Below, one piece after another: positions 58,397 through 64,000 of a DNA stretch of 64,000 bases. Each line of letters starts with the position of its first letter. Within the stretch, counting starts at the first letter, position 1. This DNA comes from a phage: the sequence record PQ478073.1, one strand, 5' to 3'. The notes below the pieces were generated by a model. That model was not told the origin of the DNA, did no database searches, and was given only the letters and a program-made list of their open reading frames with translations. The position numbers and the translations under genes are program-made.

Positions 58397-58747
58397 ATGT
58401 TAACTGTATACAAATTTAACAAAGAAGAGTACTTAAAGAGTCAGTACTCAAATATAGAAATAAATGTTCCTTATGGTACGTTAGTTGGATATGATGAAGC
58501 CACTGAAACATTGTATTATAATGATGATAGATTGGATTATAGTTTAGATTCATTCATTGAAGATATACTTAATACACATACTGAAGATATGTTGTATGAA
58601 GAATACATAGACCATTATAGAGAACGTATGTCGGTGCTGCATTCTGATGCTCCTGTACTAAACATAGCACAAGAACCATCGGAATTTCAGCCACATAATC
58701 CTTTTCAACGTTTAATTGATATTGGTTTAAAATTCACTATTAGTTGA
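58397..58747 (+). CDS. hypothetical acidic protein (116 aa from ATG 58397)
   Basis: Track start 58388 is TTG; ATG 58397 lies 9 nt after an AAAGGAG SD; product unknown. Confidence 0.45.
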   Translation: MLTVYKFNKEEYLKSQYSNIEINVPYGTLVGYDEATETLYYNDDRLDYSLDSFIEDILNTHTEDMLYEEYIDHYRERMSVLHSDAPVLNIAQEPSEFQPHNPFQRLIDIGLKFTIS

Positions 58748-58750
58748 TAG

Positions 58751-58779
58751 ATAAATATCTCCATATTAATGATGGAGAT
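58751..58779 (+). promoter_or_regulatory. ATAAATATCT late-promoter-like motif followed by an 8-bp inverted repeat that includes the SD
   Basis: ATAAATA 58751-58757; ATCTCCAT-N7-ATGGAGAT (58757-58764, 58772-58779) with GGAG inside the 3' arm. Confidence 0.35.
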
Positions 58780-58786
58780 TGAATCT

Positions 58787-59095
58787 ATGTCACAGATATG
58801 TTATGTTATAATAAACTCTGCATGGCCTGACTATGTTAAGATTGGTTTCACTTCTAAATCTGAAATGACAGAGCGTTTGAGAACGTATCAGACAGCTACC
58901 CCGTTTCGTGATTTTGAAGTTTATCATGAAGTTCACTTTGAAGACGCACGTTTAGCTGAAAAAGAGATACATAAAAGGCTTAAACAAATGAATGCAACTA
59001 GACAACCAAACACAGAGTGGTTTAAAATGTCTAAAAAGATAGCAGCAAACATCATTGATTCTGTGTGGGATGATATGGATAACGACTTGCTATAG
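58787..59095 (+). CDS. stand-alone GIY-YIG-like (T5orf172-type) domain protein (102 aa from ATG 58787)
   Basis: ICYVIINSAWPDYVKIGFT...ERLRTY...EIHKRL...EWF matches the T5orf172/GIY-YIG-like pattern. Start choice (58769, 58772 or 58787) is uncertain. Confidence 0.55.
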   Translation: MSQICYVIINSAWPDYVKIGFTSKSEMTERLRTYQTATPFRDFEVYHEVHFEDARLAEKEIHKRLKQMNATRQPNTEWFKMSKKIAANIIDSVWDDMDNDLL

Positions 59096-59097
59096 GA

Positions 59098-59104
59098 ATA
59101 AATA
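59098..59104 (+). promoter_or_regulatory. candidate late promoter (AATAAATAT) for fibre gene
   Basis: ATAAATA ~32 nt upstream of ATG 59136. Confidence 0.3.
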
Positions 59105-59135
59105 TAGTATATATTAATCATAAAGGGATTTATAC

Positions 59136-60746
59136 ATGAGCATAAGTTTTAATAACCCATTGGATACAATGACCAGTACTGGTGCTAATGGATCTTTAGA
59201 ACTAATAGTGCTTGGTGGTACACCAACTAACCCAAGACCTATTCGTTTTAATTCGTCATCAGTTATTATACCAGTACAAACGTTACCTACTGGTGAACAA
59301 GGTGCAATGGTTTTTGATCGAAGCGAATTAGTTTTGAAGTATCATAACGGTACAAGTTGGATTGCAGTATATGATACTGATACTATTTTGGAACCAATTA
59401 GAATTTCATTAGATGAAGTAAACAGAAAATTAAATTTAAAAGTAGAAAGTGTAACATACAGTAGCAGTACTGTTCCTAGTGCAAGTATTAGTGGAACAAA
59501 CTTAAACATTGTATTCCCTACTGCTTCTAGTGGTGGTTCTGGACCAACTGGTCTTTACACTTCACTTAAACCTGGTGCTATTACACAATATTCATTGACT
59601 TCTGGTCAATCTGTTGCTAGTATACGTGAACAAATGTCAGGGCAATCGAATGGACAAAGTGGACGAAACGGTTCACAAGGTGCTCCGTGGAAAACGTCTG
59701 ACGGTTGGTGTTTTGCTGATGGTATGTGGTGGCAATGGGAGGGGGAAAATGGTACAATTACCAAACAAGTACCAAACCTTAACCAAAACGCGTATTTAAA
59801 AGGTATAACAACATCAGGTGTAACTAAAACTGATAGTGTTATTGGTAGTAGTGGTAACATTAGTGGAACTGTATTGAGTGTTGCCCAGTTACCATCACAC
59901 TCATTTAGTTTTAGTGGAACCACTGGTGCTGCTGGTCGTCATGGTCATAGTCAAGCACTAAAAGGTATGGACCGTAGTGGTCTAAATGCGTTAACTTCAA
60001 GTAATGATAACGGTATACCAACTGTAATCAATAACATTAACGAAGCACCAGACCACATTCACTCATTTAGTGGAAACACTAACACACTTGGTGGAAACCA
60101 ACCACACTATCATGGTATTAGCAACATTGATGTGGAACACTTTAACGTTGCATACCTATATAACATTGCTGAATCTAACGTCGCATTGAGTGAAAAAGTT
60201 GCAAACACTCGTTATGTACTAAAAACTGGTGATACAATGACTGGTTCATTGACTATTGCAAACAGTGCGTCAATTAAGTCAAATGATACATCATTAGTTC
60301 TATATTTCCGTAACGCAAGCGGTGGTGAGCGTGCGGCAGTGTATCATAACTCTTCAAATAATACATTGAGATTACGTTCCGGTGGAGCAGAAGTTACTGT
60401 AAACTCTTCTGGTACTTTAGCTGCTCCATCATTAACTGTTTCTAACAACTCAGCTACTGTTGGTGGTAAAAATATTGTTCGTTCAATTAACGGTACTGCT
60501 GCTGATGCTAGTGGCAACGTTACTTTGCAAATTAGTACTAATAACGTACAAAGTATTCGTTTGAGTGCACGTATTGAAACAAGTAAAATACCTGATTCTT
60601 CATGGACATATACACCAGAAGGTGCATTTATGGATGGCGTATGGATTTCTGTTAATGGTAGTTCAGGCACTCACTTAGAACGAATTAGTTATCGCTATGT
60701 TCAAATGCAAATAAATGGTAACTGGGAAACAGTACGTCAACAATAA
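59136..60746 (+). CDS. tail fibre protein with His-x-His metal-site-like motifs (536 aa)
   Basis: S/T/G/N-rich; HSFSFSGTTGAAGRHGHS and HIHSFSGNTNTLGGNQPHYHG resemble the HxH ion-binding repeats of T4 gp12/gp37 receptor-binding tips; followed by a Tfa-type chaperone gene. Confidence 0.6.
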   Translation: MSISFNNPLDTMTSTGANGSLELIVLGGTPTNPRPIRFNSSSVIIPVQTLPTGEQGAMVFDRSELVLKYHNGTSWIAVYDTDTILEPIRISLDEVNRKLNLKVESVTYSSSTVPSASISGTNLNIVFPTASSGGSGPTGLYTSLKPGAITQYSLTSGQSVASIREQMSGQSNGQSGRNGSQGAPWKTSDGWCFADGMWWQWEGENGTITKQVPNLNQNAYLKGITTSGVTKTDSVIGSSGNISGTVLSVAQLPSHSFSFSGTTGAAGRHGHSQALKGMDRSGLNALTSSNDNGIPTVINNINEAPDHIHSFSGNTNTLGGNQPHYHGISNIDVEHFNVAYLYNIAESNVALSEKVANTRYVLKTGDTMTGSLTIANSASIKSNDTSLVLYFRNASGGERAAVYHNSSNNTLRLRSGGAEVTVNSSGTLAAPSLTVSNNSATVGGKNIVRSINGTAADASGNVTLQISTNNVQSIRLSARIETSKIPDSSWTYTPEGAFMDGVWISVNGSSGTHLERISYRYVQMQINGNWETVRQQ

Positions 60747-60756
60747 GGAATGTGTA

Positions 60757-61272
60757 ATGCAACTAACAAATTTTAAGATGTATGAAAAAGAAGGTGGTAA
60801 TCCTAATTCTTTGTATATGATGTCCGATGAAGGTATGGATTGGTATGAATCTCGTGAATTGTTTGACATTAATAAAGCAAAATTTATGTATGATATTAAC
60901 GGTTTAATTGTTTCAGCATCATATAACATTTATGATCTAGTACCTTTAGGTTTTAGTGTTTCTGAAATTGAATATGATGGTGATATTAACAAACTTTATG
61001 GTATGGTTTACGATGGAAATACTATTCATGACTATATTGAAACTAAAGAAGAAAAAATTGAACGCCTAAAAAATGAATTATCTAATTTGAAATACATTGC
61101 AATTCAAGAACTTGGACACTTAAAAACTGCTATGGATCTTGAGTTAGCAACTGATGAAGAAGCTGTATTGTTTGTAAAATTGAAAGATTATGTAACGCAA
61201 TTGAATTCAATCAAACCAGCAGACATGATTAAGAAAACATTTTCATTTCCAGTTAAACCGGAAAAAAAATGA
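60757..61272 (+). CDS. tail fibre assembly chaperone, Tfa/gp38-like (171 aa from ATG 60757)
   Basis: LKTAMDLELATDEEAVLFVKLKDYVTQLNSIKPAD resembles the Tfa C-terminal motif (...DLGMATDEE...WKKYRVLLNRVD...APD). Track start 60715 lies inside the fibre gene; ATG 60757 follows an AAGGA SD. Confidence 0.6.
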   Translation: MQLTNFKMYEKEGGNPNSLYMMSDEGMDWYESRELFDINKAKFMYDINGLIVSASYNIYDLVPLGFSVSEIEYDGDINKLYGMVYDGNTIHDYIETKEEKIERLKNELSNLKYIAIQELGHLKTAMDLELATDEEAVLFVKLKDYVTQLNSIKPADMIKKTFSFPVKPEKK

Positions 61273-61301
61273 GACAACACGTAAAGACGTGATACAATTA
61301 A

Positions 61302-61337
61302 GTCATCTCACCGATTGTGGTGAGGTGACATTTTTTT
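61302..61337 (+). terminator. intrinsic terminator after Tfa gene
   Basis: 11-bp stem (61302-61312 / 61319-61329, one G-U pair), loop GATTGT, then T7 run 61331-61337. Confidence 0.75.
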
Positions 61338-61362
61338 GAAAACACACATGGAGAAATACAAA

Positions 61363-61665
61363 ATGGCTAAATCTAAAAAAGAAGTTAAAGTTGAAATTCG
61401 TGATCTAAACGATGAACAACGTAAACGTCTCGGTGACGCACTTAACAACATTGTTGTACAACTAACTTTCATTGATGATACCAAAGCATCCTTATCTGAT
61501 TTTGTTTCTAGTGTTTCTGATGAACTTGGTATCGATGCATCTGATATCAAACAAGCTGCACAACGTATGTACAAAGGTGATTACTTTGACAAACAAAATA
61601 AACTCGATAATATCGAAACTATTCTTAGTGTTACTAATAATCTTCCACAAGCAGATGATTACTAA
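61363..61665 (+). CDS. hypothetical small protein (100 aa from ATG 61363)
   Basis: Track start 61336 is TTG inside the terminator T-run; ATG 61363 follows a GGAG SD at 9 nt; product unknown. Confidence 0.45.
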   Translation: MAKSKKEVKVEIRDLNDEQRKRLGDALNNIVVQLTFIDDTKASLSDFVSSVSDELGIDASDIKQAAQRMYKGDYFDKQNKLDNIETILSVTNNLPQADDY

Positions 61666-61687
61666 TTAGTACTAAAATATATTAAAT

Positions 61688-61715
61688 AGCCTCCAATGAC
61701 GGAGGCTTTCTTTTT
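61688..61715 (+). terminator. intrinsic terminator upstream of DNA polymerase gene
   Basis: AGCCTCC-aatgac-GGAGGCT hairpin followed by TTCTTTTT. Confidence 0.7.
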
Positions 61716-61744
61716 AACTTAATAAACGTAAGGGAATACAAACG

Positions 61745-64000
61745 ATGTATATCGATGCTTATATGGAACGTAAACGTACTGGTGATATTCTTCATGTAGT
61801 TGAACGTAAGAATGGTAAACGTATTCTACGCGAATTAGATCCAGTATATGAATATTATGTTGAATCCCCACAAGGAACACATAAAACTGTTTATGGTACA
61901 ATGGCTAAACATTTTGAGTTTCAAACTCAAGCTCAAATGAATAAAAGTGTAGAGCAACACAAAAGTGAAGGTCTACGTATTTTTGAAAGTGATTGTAACA
62001 TTACATTTAAAACATTAGCTAAAGAATATATGGGAAAAGGTTCACCCGATTTGAACATCGTGTTCTTCGATATCGAGACTGATTTCCATAAGAAATTTGG
62101 TTATGCTCCACCATCAGACCCGTTTAACCGAGTAACCGCTATTTCTCTATATCAATCATGGACTGGAAAGGATTATGTACTTACTTTACCACCTGCTGAT
62201 ATGGAAATTTATGAAGCACAAGATATTGTTCGCCAACTAAATGAAGAAACAAACGATCCTAACAGTACTGTAATTTTATATACAGACGAAAAGGAAATGT
62301 TTATGGAATTCTTTAGTTTAATTGATGATTCTGATGTTATTTCAGGATGGAATAGTGAATTCTTTGATATTCCATATATGATCAATCGAACTAAAAAAAT
62401 CTTCAATGAAGCAACAACTGCTCGTTGGTGTTTATGGAATAAAAAACCAAATTCACGTGAAGCAGACAACTTTGGTAAAACTGTTCAAACATATGATCTG
62501 GTAGGTCGCGTCCATCTTGATTATTTGGCTTTGTATAAGAAACATGCTGGTCAAGTTGAACAATCTTATAAACTAGATTATATTGCTGAAAAAGTAACTA
62601 AAGAAAATAAAGTATCCTATGAAGGTTCATTGGATAAACTTTACAGAGAGGATTACATTACTTTCTTGCGTTATTCTAAACAGGATAGTATTCTTCTTAA
62701 AAAGATTGATGCTAAATGTGACTATATCAACCTACACAATCGACTTGCACACAAAGAATGTGTACTTATCAGTACAACAATGGGTTCAGTAGCACTAATC
62801 GACACTGCTATTATCAACTTAGCACATACTCGTGGTGAAGTTGTTTTCAACAAAGCACCGAAAGATGATCTTGAGTTTGATCCAGAAATGGAATATTATG
62901 GTGAAGATGGTGAAGAAGAAGATGAGAAAATTAGTGCAAAAGCAGCAGGTGCATGGGTACAAGATCCAGTACTAGGACTTGTAAGTGACCTTGGGTGTAC
63001 TGACTTTAACTCTCTTTACCCTACTGTTCTACGTACTTTGGGTATGAGTACTGAATGTATTCTTGGTCAATTACGTCAAGATTACACCGATGCGTATCTT
63101 GCAGCTAAAATCCAAGAACAGAAGAACAAATCTAAATCTAAATCATTTGAACCAGATTGGACTGCGGCATGGCATGGTTTATTTGCTGCTGTTGAATTTA
63201 CAATGGTTCATGAAAAGTCAGAAGAAACATTGATTGTTGATTTAGAAGATGGGAGTTCTTTTAAAGCAACGGGCAAAGAGCTATATGATATTATTTTTGC
63301 AGAAGATAGTACTATTGTACTTAGTGCAAACGGAACACTTTTTGATAAGTCTAAGTCTGGTGTAATTCCTGACATTCTAACTCAATGGTATTCTGAACGT
63401 AAAGCACAGCAAAAAATGGTCATTGACTACAAACATATGTATACTGATGGTTGGGAGTTTAATGGCTATGAAAAAGTTGAACCACTACTATCAAACTATA
63501 CCCCTGGTACAATGTTTAGAACTAATATTCATGATAATGATCCTGTATACTTACTTCGTAAAGAAATTGGTAAAGGACAGTGGGATGAAGTTGCTAAGTT
63601 GATTGTAGAAAACGGATTAGTACTAAAAGATGGTCGTATTTTCTGTCCTAAAGAAGAAAAAGATTACTTCAAACAACGTAGTGCTTTTTGGAAACAGAAC
63701 CAACAGATTCGTAAGATTCTTCTAAACAGTCTATATGGTGCACTATTGAACAAAGGTTCTCGTTTCTTTGACAAACGTTTAGGTCAATCTGTAACATTAA
63801 CTGGACGTTCTATGACCAAACATATGGCAAGTCGTATCAATGAAATTACTACTGGTGTATATAACCACCAAGGTGGTTCAGTAATTTATGGTGATACTGA
63901 CTCAGTTTACTTTAGTGTAACTCATTATCTGAAAGAACAAGGTATTCCATATAATCTATCTAAAGAAGAGATTGTTGATATGTATATTAAAATTGGTGAA
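61745..64000 (+). CDS. 43: B-family DNA polymerase, gp43-like, 3'-truncated by window edge (first 752 codons)
   Basis: Not in the ORF track because it has no stop within the window. Frame open from ATG 61745 to 64000. Exo I FFDIETD, Exo II ISGWNSEFFDIPYM, Exo III YSKQDSIL, motif A DFNSLYPT, KILLNSLYG, motif C VIYGDTDSVYF; each matches T4 gp43. Confidence 0.93.
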   Translation, partial: MYIDAYMERKRTGDILHVVERKNGKRILRELDPVYEYYVESPQGTHKTVYGTMAKHFEFQTQAQMNKSVEQHKSEGLRIFESDCNITFKTLAKEYMGKGSPDLNIVFFDIETDFHKKFGYAPPSDPFNRVTAISLYQSWTGKDYVLTLPPADMEIYEAQDIVRQLNEETNDPNSTVILYTDEKEMFMEFFSLIDDSDVISGWNSEFFDIPYMINRTKKIFNEATTARWCLWNKKPNSREADNFGKTVQTYDLVGRVHLDYLALYKKHAGQVEQSYKLDYIAEKVTKENKVSYEGSLDKLYREDYITFLRYSKQDSILLKKIDAKCDYINLHNRLAHKECVLISTTMGSVALIDTAIINLAHTRGEVVFNKAPKDDLEFDPEMEYYGEDGEEEDEKISAKAAGAWVQDPVLGLVSDLGCTDFNSLYPTVLRTLGMSTECILGQLRQDYTDAYLAAKIQEQKNKSKSKSFEPDWTAAWHGLFAAVEFTMVHEKSEETLIVDLEDGSSFKATGKELYDIIFAEDSTIVLSANGTLFDKSKSGVIPDILTQWYSERKAQQKMVIDYKHMYTDGWEFNGYEKVEPLLSNYTPGTMFRTNIHDNDPVYLLRKEIGKGQWDEVAKLIVENGLVLKDGRIFCPKEEKDYFKQRSAFWKQNQQIRKILLNSLYGALLNKGSRFFDKRLGQSVTLTGRSMTKHMASRINEITTGVYNHQGGSVIYGDTDSVYFSVTHYLKEQGIPYNLSKEEIVDMYIKIGE

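Noticed and set aside
1-64000. CRISPR array, integrase/transposase, or prophage attachment site
   Set aside because: No regularly spaced identical short repeats with unique spacers, and no recombinase or transposase motif seen. Gene content is that of a virulent T4-like phage.

Overview
This window reads as an AT-rich segment of a large virulent phage of the T4 superfamily, with T4-like head, baseplate, late-transcription, recombination and replication genes in a mosaic order. All calls are by eye from the sequence and the ORF track; no searches or folding were run. Left to right: the 3' end of thymidylate synthase (td); a minus-strand arsenal of receptor-binding proteins (654-aa fibre, 1841-aa repetitive fibre, two proteins sharing an MAVFSNxEGTM N-terminus including a pectate-lyase-type tailspike, and a collagen-repeat fibre); a small plus-strand island; a NUDIX hydrolase; an isolated ClpA-like AAA+ unfoldase with its own sigma70-type promoter; a minus-strand baseplate operon (LysM-like protein, hub candidate, gp5-like spike with C-terminal lysozyme, free T4-type lysozyme, gp25-like, gp6-like candidate, 3333-aa giant protein); gp55-like late sigma factor and gp47/gp46 nuclease; an Endo VII-like gene; an ORF-free ~0.8 kb locus with its own promoter and terminator; the head module (portal, core proteins, prohead protease, scaffold, major capsid protein); a zinc-ribbon plus GIY-YIG-like cassette; a second fibre with Tfa chaperone; and the first 752 codons of a gp43-like DNA polymerase. 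No rRNA, tRNA, CRISPR array, integrase or transposase was recognised. The most interesting candidates for something undescribed are the ORF-free promoter/RNA/iteron locus (46.9-47.6 kb), the ClpA-like unit, and the zinc-ribbon/GIY-YIG-like cassette after the capsid gene. Several track ORFs begin at TTG/GTG; I moved those starts to the first in-frame ATG with a Shine-Dalgarno.
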